Below are positions 41,008 to 50,543 of a stretch of DNA of 64,000 nucleotides, in pieces. Position numbers and translations under genes: made by a program. The notes under the pieces are model-generated. The model was given only the letters and a program-made list of their open reading frames with translations, was not told where the DNA came from and did no database searches. The stretch is from Promethearchaeia archaeon (GTDB lineage: Archaea; Asgardarchaeota; Lokiarchaeia; Sigyniarchaeales; SOKP01). The stretch is taken from the NCBI GenBank assembly GCA_029856125.1, contig JAHQWJ010000120.1, positions 192,001 to 256,000 on the forward strand. The letters are read 5' to 3'. How positions within the stretch are numbered: position 1 is the first letter of the stretch; every line of letters starts with the position of its first letter.

Positions 41008-41634
41008 ATGGGTTTTCTCAAAGATATGAGTAATTGGCTCTCAGGAGGCAAGAAAAAAGATACTGTTCGTTCCGCAACCGTGAAATTAAAGGTCTTCAAC
41101 AAAAGACTCGCCAGAAATACTCGGAAAATGGAGATAACAGCAAAACAAGCGAGAGATAAAGCTGTTAGATTACGAAAAGCTGGAGATATGGACGGATCTG
41201 AATTCCACGCACGGAACTATCTTCAAGTTAAAAAACAAGCTAGGGCGATTGACCATTTTAGAACAAACTTAGAAGGAATGGTTTTCAAGCTTGAGCAAGC
41301 TACCGCAGTTAAAGATATTTCAAACATAATGACAGGCATAGCTTCTAGTCTAGGTGCTCTAAAGAACCAATTGTCAGTCCCCCAACTAACAGAGATAATG
41401 ACTGAAATCGGAATTGATATGGAAGACTTTGAAGTGACGCAAGAAATTACTTCGGATGGAATCGATAATATGACTTTAGATACTGCTGTTACAGATAATC
41501 AAGTAAAAGATATATTAGGCGAAATTGACGCTGAGATTCAGGTTGAAGTTGGTGGAGCATTACCATCAATAGATCCTGATGGAAAAGTTAAAGAATTGGA
41601 AGAAGAGTTAAACAAATTAAAATCGCGAGATTAG
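41008..41634 (+). CDS. ESCRT-III Snf7-domain protein (Vps2/24/46-like class)
   Basis: Basic N-terminal helical hairpin, acidic C-terminal half and a terminal MIM1-like ELEEELNKLK. Divergent from vps4. Confidence 0.88.
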   Translation: MGFLKDMSNWLSGGKKKDTVRSATVKLKVFNKRLARNTRKMEITAKQARDKAVRLRKAGDMDGSEFHARNYLQVKKQARAIDHFRTNLEGMVFKLEQATAVKDISNIMTGIASSLGALKNQLSVPQLTEIMTEIGIDMEDFEVTQEITSDGIDNMTLDTAVTDNQVKDILGEIDAEIQVEVGGALPSIDPDGKVKELEEELNKLKSRD

Positions 41635-41730
41635 ATATTAGCAATATCTAGTACCTCTTCCTTTCCACCTACCAAAATTATTTAAGGTTAAACTCTATTT
41701 TTAATTTATTCTTAAACTCAATTTGAACGA

Positions 41731-42747
41731 GTGTTAAAAATGAATCCAGAAGTAATTGCAATAGGTAGTTGTACACTTGATTGTATGCTACAAGTTAAGG
41801 ATATTCTTAGATTTGAGCTTTTAGATAAGGATCTTGTTAAAAAATATACAGCAATTGAATATAGTCACAAATTGAATGTAGATGGAGTTTTATTCGTTCC
41901 AGGAGGTTCTGCTGCTAATATTGCTTCAAATTGCGCAATGTTAGGCTTGAAAAGTGCTTACATTGGAGTAATAGGACATGATTTTTCTGCTGATATATGT
42001 TTAGATGATATGAAAAAGAGGGGTGTTGACTTGTCGCATGTCATTCAAACTGATGAGGATTGTACTGCTTTTTCTGTAATTTTAAAAACAGAATGGGGAA
42101 AAGATCGGAGTATTTTAGCATACAAAGGTGCAAATAACATGTTGAAACCCGAGGATGTAAAAGAAGATTTCTTTCAAGATATCAAAGCTTTTGCTTGGAC
42201 TTCCTTGACTACAGAAAATGGATGTAGAGCAATCGAAAAAGCACTTACTCTTACTTTAGAAAATAATGGAAAAGTATTCGCTGCTCCTAGCATGTCAATC
42301 ATTAAAAATAGTCCAAAATGGGCAAAAATTTTAATTTCTAACTCGGATGTAGTTTCCCTGAATAAAGAAGAAGCCCAAGAATTTACTGAAGAGCAAGACA
42401 CTGTTCCAATGATTCATAAATTTTTAGATATAGGAGTAAAATTAATATCAATTACAGATGGACCAAATGGATCTATAATTTCAGACGGTCAAAATATTGT
42501 AAATAGCTCGATTTACGAAGGTCCAGTTGAAGATACAACGGGTGCTGGAGACGCTTTTCTAACTGGTCTTTTAATATCTCACCTAAATGGATTTTCTTTA
42601 GAGAAGTCCTCTAAAATGGCAACGGCAATGTCCTATTTAGAAAGTAAGGAGATTGGCGTTCGAGAGGGTTTACCTAACAGTTTGAAAGAATTAGAAGATT
42701 TTATAAACAATAATCAAATAAAACAGATTGTATCTAAAATAATATAA
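41731..42747 (+). CDS. PfkB family carbohydrate kinase
   Basis: PGGSAANIA, LNKEEA, ITDGPNG and DTTGAGDAF motifs. Confidence 0.92.
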   Translation: MLKMNPEVIAIGSCTLDCMLQVKDILRFELLDKDLVKKYTAIEYSHKLNVDGVLFVPGGSAANIASNCAMLGLKSAYIGVIGHDFSADICLDDMKKRGVDLSHVIQTDEDCTAFSVILKTEWGKDRSILAYKGANNMLKPEDVKEDFFQDIKAFAWTSLTTENGCRAIEKALTLTLENNGKVFAAPSMSIIKNSPKWAKILISNSDVVSLNKEEAQEFTEEQDTVPMIHKFLDIGVKLISITDGPNGSIISDGQNIVNSSIYEGPVEDTTGAGDAFLTGLLISHLNGFSLEKSSKMATAMSYLESKEIGVREGLPNSLKELEDFINNNQIKQIVSKII

Positions 42748-42842
42748 CATACAATTCTAATTACATTCCAAGTTTCATGTTAAAAGATTAAATTTTAATT
42801 TCTTAGTGTATTTTTCATATCACTAAGCATTTTAAATAAAAA

Positions 42843-42944
42843 GCGCTGCTAGTATAGTGGTTAGTATACTCCTCATTTAATAACTAAATGTGGGTATAGC
42901 AGGTTGCCAACTTGGTGACCCGGGTTCGATTCCCGGGCGGCGCA
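42843..42944 (+). tRNA. tRNA-Gly(GCC) with a 30-nt non-canonical intron (42870-42899) at position 27/28
   Basis: Acceptor GCGCTGC/GCGGCGC+A73, D-arm GTAT-AGTGGTTA-GTAT, anticodon arm CCAGG-TTGCCAA-CTTGG after splicing, T-arm CCGGG-TTCGATT-CCCGG. BHB bulges AC|T and AG|C flank a 4-bp helix. Confidence 0.9.
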
Positions 42945-42980
42945 TTCTTATACTAATTTTATATCTCATTTAAGTAAATT

Positions 42981-43589
42981 TTATTTTCTCACAATATAAT
43001 CAATCATTCCTCTCGTAGAATCTCTCTCGTATAGATATTCAATTCTGATTTGCTTATATATTATCTCATAATTTGAAAAATAGATATCCCCTTCGTCATG
43101 TTTGAAATATGTATGAGAAATTTGTTCTCCATCTTCGAATTGAGTAAAAATACCCGGGCTAGTTTCTTTTCCTATTCCATAACGAGAATCGTCTATAGAA
43201 AGCAAATTCACATAAATTAACCCCCTTTTTTTGACAACGCGAAGCATTTCATTAATTGCTACACCAATGTCTTCTTTATTCATATGAAAAATAGTATTAT
43301 AGGAATAAGCAAATCCATATGATTCTGATTCATAAGGGAGGCTCCTCATATCACCTTTAACAATATGAACTTTAATGCCCTTTTTTTTAGCGAAATCCTC
43401 TGCCATTTTCATACGCTCTTCTGAAATTTCGATTCCATAAGTATCAAATCCACTCATAGCATAAAGTGTGATTTTTGGGAATTTTCCACCCGCACCACAA
43501 TCAATAATTGTTTTTTCTACTTCAGCATCAAGGGTATAATCGAGAAATGTGTATAATATTGAAGGAAAAATATCTTGAGTCAATTTCAA
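42981..43589 (-). CDS. Class I SAM-dependent methyltransferase
   Basis: IIDCGAGG, YGIEIS, GDMRSLPY and EMLRVVK.RG motifs. Confidence 0.88.
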   Translation of the reverse strand: MKLTQDIFPSILYTFLDYTLDAEVEKTIIDCGAGGKFPKITLYAMSGFDTYGIEISEERMKMAEDFAKKKGIKVHIVKGDMRSLPYESESYGFAYSYNTIFHMNKEDIGVAINEMLRVVKKRGLIYVNLLSIDDSRYGIGKETSPGIFTQFEDGEQISHTYFKHDEGDIYFSNYEIIYKQIRIEYLYERDSTRGMIDYIVRK

Positions 43590-43646
43590 TCCACCTTTTT
43601 TAATTATACCTAGTCTAATTATTGCACCTTTTTAAAATCAAACACA

Positions 43647-43683
43647 ATTATCTTCGTGAAAGGTGTGTTTCACGATCGGTAAT
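43647..43683. promoter_or_regulatory. Intergenic inverted repeat / stem-loop
   Basis: Perfect TCGTGAAA (43654-43661) / TTTCACGA (43668-43675), with an outer ATTATC/GGTAAT extension. Confidence 0.5.
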
Positions 43684-43694
43684 ATTAGATTTTG

Positions 43695-44540
43695 TTATAG
43701 AGTACTGAGAAAATTAGACACATTCGAAGATCTTGGAATTTGAACTTTAAAATAATTCTCAACGATTTCGTACAGAAAGTCGAGATACGGTAATTGGATT
43801 TTTACACCGTGAACATTTGCTAGCTCTTCAATTACCTTCTTAGAAATAAGCTTCTCTTTCTTTTTTAAATTTTTGACTCTTTCAACTATTGTTTCAGAAA
43901 GTTCGTAAGTTTTTTGGATTCCCTCATGTAAATAAATTAAACTTGGAATAGGTTCATATTCTTCTAAAAATTTTCTTACTAAAGATTTTTCAAAACTGAT
44001 ATTCTTTGGGTTAAGAATACCGTCGTTATCCTGAAGAATCAGGTTATTTTTTACTACAATGTAATCTTTATAACTCTCGAGTTGGTATTGATCTTCTGAT
44101 TCTACCCGTATAGACGCTTTAAAGGAATTTTCCATTATGTAATCAAAAAATTCGTGAATCTGATCTATCATAAATGTCTGATCAGTAAGCACCAATACTT
44201 TTCTCTTAAAAAAAATCGCTCGAATTATGTTTACTAATAAAGAAGCAATTAAATTAAGTTTGATAAGGCTCACGTCAATTGATTCTAATTGAGGGGTCGT
44301 TTCAGGCTCTTTATCTCGTGGGGTAGATATTTCAGGAAGCTCTAGTTGAAAATCTGCTATGAAGGTGTCTCTTACTGAAAGATTTTTATCGATGTAAGCA
44401 ACGAAAGAATGTTCACAAACAATTCCTTCCGAAATGTTTACTGCATAAACTCCTCTTGCGGCTTTTTCCACTGCTACCTCTGAAATTTCAATATATCCTC
44501 TACTTGAACAAGATGGGCATCGCACTTCGAGCTTTTTCAT
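43695..44540 (-). CDS. Hypothetical protein: N-terminal Zn-ribbon-like domain plus possible DENN-like core
   Basis: CPSC...CEH.F.AYIDKN N-terminal domain; central LLVNIIRAIFFKRKVLVL segment. Confidence 0.6.
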   Translation of the reverse strand: MKKLEVRCPSCSSRGYIEISEVAVEKAARGVYAVNISEGIVCEHSFVAYIDKNLSVRDTFIADFQLELPEISTPRDKEPETTPQLESIDVSLIKLNLIASLLVNIIRAIFFKRKVLVLTDQTFMIDQIHEFFDYIMENSFKASIRVESEDQYQLESYKDYIVVKNNLILQDNDGILNPKNISFEKSLVRKFLEEYEPIPSLIYLHEGIQKTYELSETIVERVKNLKKKEKLISKKVIEELANVHGVKIQLPYLDFLYEIVENYFKVQIPRSSNVSNFLSTL

Positions 44541-44700
44541 TTATAAAAACCTAATTATTGTAACTCAAATCAATATTGGAGATTTTCTAGCAGTTACAAT
44601 TAAATTTTAAACAACCAATTATATAAAGTTTGACTGAGCAAATAAATAAAAATTATTATAGAATATGCAATTCTTTCAAGAATGTATAGTTTGTGAGTGG

Positions 44701-45192
44701 TTAATACCGATATACCTTTGCATATTTCTTTTCAATTAGGTTAGCTATAAGTAATGAGATTATTGCTGCTACATTTTCAGATATCAAAAATGACATTACA
44801 TTATCTAAAAAGATCAGACTTATCCCATAGGTACTAATAAATATAGCAGTAAAAATAGGAAAAACTATTATTATCGGCCTAATAACGGGAAAATATAGTA
44901 ATTTTCGAAATTTAGATAACTCTAGCCTTGACTTTTGAAATTGGCTCTTATTTTTCTTTCTTTTTTCAACTTGGACAAAAGACTCAAATATAATAACTAC
45001 GCCAAAAAATAGAGCAACAGTAGTGCCAATCGGTATTAATATTACTACTACATAATTTCCTACTCCCAGAATGAATTGAGCCAAGAATATAAACAAGACT
45101 TGGAAAATTCCACACGCTCCCAATAGCATTAGAGCAATTGGTATGTATTCCTTTGATGACCAGCGAAATCTTATCGGCATTTTAATCAACAA
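44701..45192 (-). CDS. 4-TM membrane protein
   Basis: Four hydrophobic segments with a basic loop. The true start may be the ATG at 45180. Confidence 0.7.
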   Translation of the reverse strand: MLIKMPIRFRWSSKEYIPIALMLLGACGIFQVLFIFLAQFILGVGNYVVVILIPIGTTVALFFGVVIIFESFVQVEKRKKNKSQFQKSRLELSKFRKLLYFPVIRPIIIVFPIFTAIFISTYGISLIFLDNVMSFLISENVAAIISLLIANLIEKKYAKVYRY

Positions 45193-45203
45193 TTTTTATA
45201 ATA

Positions 45204-45280
45204 TGGTGGGCCCGGCGAAATTTGAATTCGCGACCTTCTCCACGTCAAGGAGACGTCATACCGAGCTAGACCACGGGCCC
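45204..45280 (-). tRNA. tRNA-Val(GAC), CCA encoded
   Basis: Reverse complement GGGCCCGTGGTCTAGCTCGGTATGACGTCTCCTTGACGTGGAGAAGGTCGCGAATTCAAATTTCGCCGGGCCCACCA folds into a cloverleaf. Confidence 0.95.
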
Positions 45281-45446
45281 GTGATTGATTTCCCTAATTT
45301 AAGTATAAAAAATACTAAAATTTGAGATAAATAATTTATATTATTAAAAAATAAATAATTTATTAGTTTTTTCTGAAAGATCATTAATCTAGTTAAACAC
45401 GACTAAGATCACTAGAAAAAATATAAAAAAATAATTAATGAAATAT

Positions 45447-46664
45447 TTAAGGTTTTTTTTCTCTTAAAGCTCTAACCATTGGAACATCTTTTCCTGATAG
45501 TATTTCTAGCATAGCGCCCCCACCAGTAGAAATAAAGGAAACTTCTTGAGCATGACCGGACATTTCTGCTGCAGTTCCCATTTCTCCACCTCCAATCACA
45601 GAAAGAGCTCCTCTATTTTTAGCAGCTTCAGCCATAGCTTTAACCATGTCAAAGGTGCCTTTTCTAAACACTTCTTTTTCAAAAATACCAGGTGGTCCGT
45701 TAGCAATAATAGTTTTTGCATCCATTATAATTTCTGTGAATTCCTCTGTAGTTTTAGGGCCTATATCACCAGTTACAGCATTATAATCCTTTAATTCGTC
45801 GATGCCAATTGCTTTTCTGCTACCATTGTCATCAATTACTAAATCTTTAGGTAATATGATCTTGTCTTTAAATTTCTCGTAAGTATCCTTAATGTCATCC
45901 TTTGCTTTCTCTAAATCTTTTGCTATTGCTCCTCGGTTTGCTTCTCCAGTATCAACTCCTATAGCCTCCAAGATTAATATAGCTGTTAAACCAGAGCAGA
46001 GTGCGTAATCTAATTTTTCGTTTTCAAAATTGAACTTCATGGCTTTAAACTTATCTATAGCTTTAGCTCCTCCAATAAGCATAATCATTGGTTTTTCGGG
46101 GGACTCTAAGATTTTAGTCATGTATTCGAACTCTTTTACGGTTGTGGGTCCTGCGATTAATGTTGGCCACCCAATTATCGAGGGTTGTGCTCTATGGGCT
46201 GCTCCAAATGCATCTGCGATGAAGTAGTCGAATAGTGGTGATAATGTTTTAATCATCTCCAAGTTTGCTGCTTCAGAAAAGTCCTTAAATTGTTTAGTTT
46301 CAAGTTCCCACATTCGTACATTATTGAGGACTAATACTTCGCCTACTTTAAGATTCTTTATTGCATTAATTGCTTTTTCTCCGAATATATCCTCAACGTA
46401 TTTAACAGGGCGATCTAACAGTTTCCTTATTTCTTCCGCGTGTAATTCTAAAGAGGTGAAATCTTTCTTTCCTGGTCGAGATTGGTGTGCCATAATTACT
46501 ACAGCACTCTCTTTAAGTTCTTCTAATGAGGGGATTAGAGCGTGAATACGAGGGGATTCGCGAATTCTATTATTTTCAACATCGATATTAGAGTTAATAT
46601 CAACTCTCATCAAAATTTTCTTTCCTTTTAAATCAACATCTTTATACGATTTATAATCAAACAC
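45447..46664 (-). CDS. pgk: Phosphoglycerate kinase
   Basis: RVDIN, AHQSRPG, DAFGAAHR, GGAK, NGPPGIFE and STGGGA motifs. Confidence 0.95.
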   Translation of the reverse strand: MFDYKSYKDVDLKGKKILMRVDINSNIDVENNRIRESPRIHALIPSLEELKESAVVIMAHQSRPGKKDFTSLELHAEEIRKLLDRPVKYVEDIFGEKAINAIKNLKVGEVLVLNNVRMWELETKQFKDFSEAANLEMIKTLSPLFDYFIADAFGAAHRAQPSIIGWPTLIAGPTTVKEFEYMTKILESPEKPMIMLIGGAKAIDKFKAMKFNFENEKLDYALCSGLTAILILEAIGVDTGEANRGAIAKDLEKAKDDIKDTYEKFKDKIILPKDLVIDDNGSRKAIGIDELKDYNAVTGDIGPKTTEEFTEIIMDAKTIIANGPPGIFEKEVFRKGTFDMVKAMAEAAKNRGALSVIGGGEMGTAAEMSGHAQEVSFISTGGGAMLEILSGKDVPMVRALREKKP

Positions 46665-46814
46665 TTAATCTCACTCTATTTGATTTTGGTTATAATAAAT
46701 GGTAATATATTATATCAAAAAAAGGTTTCAAATGTTCATTTGGAAATTTACAACTCTATGTTAAACTTATGATACTATAAAAGAAGCAATTTTTATCCCG
46801 ATTAATAACCAATT

Positions 46815-48965
46815 TTACCGAAAATATTCTTTTACAACAAGCTTACAGAACTGCGTCAATTTTTCCGCTAGATCTGTTCTATCTGATGATTTTGTTAAAA
46901 TCCAGTTGTTGCCATATAGTTTGTTTAGATAATCTCCTTTTGCATCAATTGAAAAAGCATAGACTTTAAATTTTTTTTTAACATCTTGAATCTCCTTTAT
47001 TGCATCATTCAATCCATATTGAGTACCTGCAGGTTGACCATCCGAAATCATTAAGATTAATACATTCTTTTCCAGTTTAGCTGCTTCATGTTTTAGTGAC
47101 ACTCCATCTAAATTGCTCCCAATGCGTTGATGGCGTCCAAATTTATCAAATTTTTTAATATCTGGGTATTCTTCAAAATCCTTTAATTGAATATTTAAGG
47201 CGTCATATTCGCCAGTAAAGAGTACGATACGCAATTGAGCAATTTCATAGAGGGATTCACATAACATTACCATAGCAACTTTGGCTGCTTCTAATTTAAT
47301 TCCTGCCATACTTCCACTGATATCCACCATCATTAAGATTTTTAATTCTTTTTGAGTTAATTTTCTCGTGAAACACTTATTATATTTAAAATCGCTCGTA
47401 ACTGCTTTAATAAACTTATTGTTTAATCGTCCTCTTTTTTGAGAGTTGTCAACATCATTTTGATTTCTCAAATCTTGAAATAAATACTTCAACTTAGTTA
47501 TTATGTTGTAATGTGTTTTCACGATTTCATTGTACGATAATCCTATTGATCTCATATCTTCATTTTCAATATACACATCATTTACCTTTCTTTCGGTCTC
47601 ATTAAATTGGTCTTGATTCTCAATTAACAAGAGCCTTCCTTCCATAGCAGTTTGAGAATCAGACACTAATTTACTAATTTCACTAATGAAATCCTCATAT
47701 TTCCGGGAGTTGTTGTCATTTTGATTCTCGTTATTCAAAATCGCAATTAAATCCTCAATTTCAACAGCTTTCAGATTCTCGTTATCTTGACATAATATCT
47801 TTAATTTTTCATTGATGTCTAATTGCTTAAACTCATCATTGCTTATATCAAATTCATTAGATTTAAGAGTTTCTTTGAGGTAGTCTTTTATAGAATCAGA
47901 TTTTGAATCTCGTTCAACCTCTTCTATCAACTTCTCAATATCTGCTGTGTTTAGATCTAAATCTTTAATTTTTTCGATTACTTTTTCACTGGCTGAACTT
48001 AATTCTGATGATTCTAAATTCTTGCCATGTTCGATAAATTCTTCAAAATGATTTATTAGAGGTTCGAGCTCTCCAGGTGAATTATGATGATACTCTCCTT
48101 CTTCAATATTGTCGTAAAGGCAAGGATCTTCCATGAAATCGGAATCTTGGAGATCTTTTAAATAAGTTTCATAATTTTCTCTTTCCATAATTTCAGAAGA
48201 TTGATCATAATCTTCAATGTCCTCTGATTCATAGTAATCATCGTATTCTGGCTCGTAAATTCCTGTGTCGCTTGCTCTATGTGGAGGTATTCTATCCCTA
48301 CTTATTTTTTTTTTCATGTAAAACTTCTTTAAAACTTTACATAATTGATCAATCGTAATTATAGACGAAGCGGGCGTTAGCGACTTCAAGAGAAATTTTT
48401 TTGCCGTGATAATCACACGCCAATCTTCTTCGCTCATATTTCGCGTTCTGAATTTCGGCTTCTTTTGAAATCCTTTGTAGTTTTCCATATATAAATTAAT
48501 GTAAATGAGCAAGTCTCCTGAGCACTTCATTTTAAGGATTAAATCAGGAAGTAGCTGTAGTGTGAATGCTCGCAAATTTTTGTAGAATCCGGGGAATTTT
48601 ATACTGTTTAAAGAATTAACTCTTACATCTTCTACAACATTGATAACTTGTTTTATGAAATATTGTGGTAGGTCGTATTTTTTTGAAAAAATGTCAATGA
48701 GTTTTATAAAAGATAATTCAAATGAACCATAACCTATGTGCCCACTTTCATGAGCGACTAAACCTTGGGCTGAAGTTATATCATCTTTTATCTTTTTTGG
48801 TAAATATATAAACCTTCCATCAGTAAAAGTGAGCAGCGAATTCTGGTTAAATTCAATATAAATATCTTTCTTTCCACTTATCCTTTTGCCGATATTAATT
48901 AGAGCAAATAAATCTGAGAAGAAATCTTTTTCAAAAAGGTCATACAAAGCTGATAAATTGATCAC
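46815..48965 (-). CDS. VWA-domain protein (NorD/CobT-like) with N-terminal HExxH zincin-like domain and acidic linker
   Basis: FTDG..IYLP, AHESGHI, NVVEDVRV; acidic middle region; MIDAS VDISGSM and ISDGQP. Confidence 0.85.
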   Translation of the reverse strand: MINLSALYDLFEKDFFSDLFALINIGKRISGKKDIYIEFNQNSLLTFTDGRFIYLPKKIKDDITSAQGLVAHESGHIGYGSFELSFIKLIDIFSKKYDLPQYFIKQVINVVEDVRVNSLNSIKFPGFYKNLRAFTLQLLPDLILKMKCSGDLLIYINLYMENYKGFQKKPKFRTRNMSEEDWRVIITAKKFLLKSLTPASSIITIDQLCKVLKKFYMKKKISRDRIPPHRASDTGIYEPEYDDYYESEDIEDYDQSSEIMERENYETYLKDLQDSDFMEDPCLYDNIEEGEYHHNSPGELEPLINHFEEFIEHGKNLESSELSSASEKVIEKIKDLDLNTADIEKLIEEVERDSKSDSIKDYLKETLKSNEFDISNDEFKQLDINEKLKILCQDNENLKAVEIEDLIAILNNENQNDNNSRKYEDFISEISKLVSDSQTAMEGRLLLIENQDQFNETERKVNDVYIENEDMRSIGLSYNEIVKTHYNIITKLKYLFQDLRNQNDVDNSQKRGRLNNKFIKAVTSDFKYNKCFTRKLTQKELKILMMVDISGSMAGIKLEAAKVAMVMLCESLYEIAQLRIVLFTGEYDALNIQLKDFEEYPDIKKFDKFGRHQRIGSNLDGVSLKHEAAKLEKNVLILMISDGQPAGTQYGLNDAIKEIQDVKKKFKVYAFSIDAKGDYLNKLYGNNWILTKSSDRTDLAEKLTQFCKLVVKEYFR

Positions 48966-48994
48966 CTCACTTACTTAAAGATTAAAATATTAAC

Positions 48995-50242
48995 TTAATC
49001 TAACACTGGACAGTTTCGCCTCATGAAATCCATTAGATCTTTATTCTTATTTCTATATAGCCACTTTATATAACTAAATGTTATTTCTCCATTGCAAAGG
49101 TGGTTATGTCCCATATTTTCCTTATAAACCTTATGATACCCAAGTTTTTCAGTTAATTGTATGTAGTCTTTTAAAGATGTCCTATGCTGTTGCCAAAACC
49201 AATCGAAAAATTTCCACATAAGACTTCCGTTTTTATTTTTATACTTACCATTTCCTAATTCAAACACATACTTTTCCACTTTACTTTTAAAATTGCTAAT
49301 AATTTTGGCTTCAGGAGCTCTCGGAGAAATTAAACCCGTCTTTATACCTGATTTAGCATCAAAATTAGGGACTAGATATTTCTTTAAGTTGTCTTCAAAT
49401 AGTTTTCCATCCAGTATCATCGCTATACTTTTTTTTTCTTCTTGATTCTCACCTAATTTATTGATGATAACATTCTCAATATTATATCTTAAATAATCTG
49501 AAGACATATTTGATACAATTAAGCAGAAATTAACAATTAACCTGGTAGAGAATATTTTAGTTATCGAAAAATCTTTTATTGCTTGCTTTCTGATCTGTCT
49601 AGCAGCGTCTACAACGGTTTCAGCAACCATTTTTTTACATCCTGATAGTTTAACAGCAATTTCGATCTCTTTCTGTTTTGTGGGATATGTTATTTCAGGG
49701 CAAACTAAGAAACGATCTTCAAATGCTTCTTGAAGTTTATTAATTCCTAATACACTCTTGTTCATCGTTCCAATAATTACAAGTTTACTCGTTTCTTTTA
49801 AGCTACACCTTTCAAATCCTTTCGAAATCAAGTTGATATGGCTTTCTGAGAGAAGGGAATTTAACGAGATTTGCTCACTTTCTCTAATCGCATTTATTTC
49901 ATTTATAACAATAAAAGATATACCGTTCTTGTTTGCGTCTTCTATAGCCCTCGTCAATGGACCATGATTAAACTTAGTATTGCCGTTAAACAACTCCCAA
50001 TTCCCTTCGATGTCTCGTCTATCAAGATCTGGTGAACCATCAATTATAAAATATGAAGAATTGAACTCCTTAGCAAGAGATGTTGCTAAAAGAGTTTTAC
50101 CCGTTCCAGGAGGGCCATGTAATAAGATACCAACACATCTGCCTTTCCCTAGAGAATTAATTAAAGCCTTCAAATAGTCAAATTCATTTCTTTGCTGAAT
50201 GTATTCAATATTTCTATTAATCGCTAAATCTGAAAAATTCAT
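48995..50242 (-). CDS. MoxR/CbbQ/NirQ-like AAA+ ATPase with C-terminal extension
   Basis: GPPGTGKT, GPLTRA, VINEIN, GTMN, AFEDRF and FSTR motifs. Confidence 0.88.
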   Translation of the reverse strand: MNFSDLAINRNIEYIQQRNEFDYLKALINSLGKGRCVGILLHGPPGTGKTLLATSLAKEFNSSYFIIDGSPDLDRRDIEGNWELFNGNTKFNHGPLTRAIEDANKNGISFIVINEINAIRESEQISLNSLLSESHINLISKGFERCSLKETSKLVIIGTMNKSVLGINKLQEAFEDRFLVCPEITYPTKQKEIEIAVKLSGCKKMVAETVVDAARQIRKQAIKDFSITKIFSTRLIVNFCLIVSNMSSDYLRYNIENVIINKLGENQEEKKSIAMILDGKLFEDNLKKYLVPNFDAKSGIKTGLISPRAPEAKIISNFKSKVEKYVFELGNGKYKNKNGSLMWKFFDWFWQQHRTSLKDYIQLTEKLGYHKVYKENMGHNHLCNGEITFSYIKWLYRNKNKDLMDFMRRNCPVLD

Positions 50243-50543
50243 CTCCTCCTATTAATATGAATCCTAATTAAATTTAGGAAAATAACATTAGAATGATGTT
50301 GCTGAATATTGATTTTTGAATTTAAGGTAATTTATAATTGGTATACTAATGTATTTAAAAACTCACACCATCTTGAATTTCAAATAATTCTGAAAAATCT
50401 CTTAAAATTTAGAGTTTTAACCCTATTTATATGAAAATGTTAAAAATAATATGTTGGAACATATTTCTAAATTTATTAAGGCTAAAAGATTTTCATGAAT
50501 ATAGAGATTTGAACATTAATTCTTATGAAATTTAGTTAGGTGA

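Noticed and set aside
41632-41650. Hairpin TAGATATT-AGC-AATATCTA at the ESCRT-III stop
   Set aside because: Weak AT-rich stem; at most an ordinary 3'-end element.
42944-45204. Integrated element between the convergent tRNA-Gly and tRNA-Val
   Set aside because: No integrase and no duplicated tRNA 3' end (att site) were seen.
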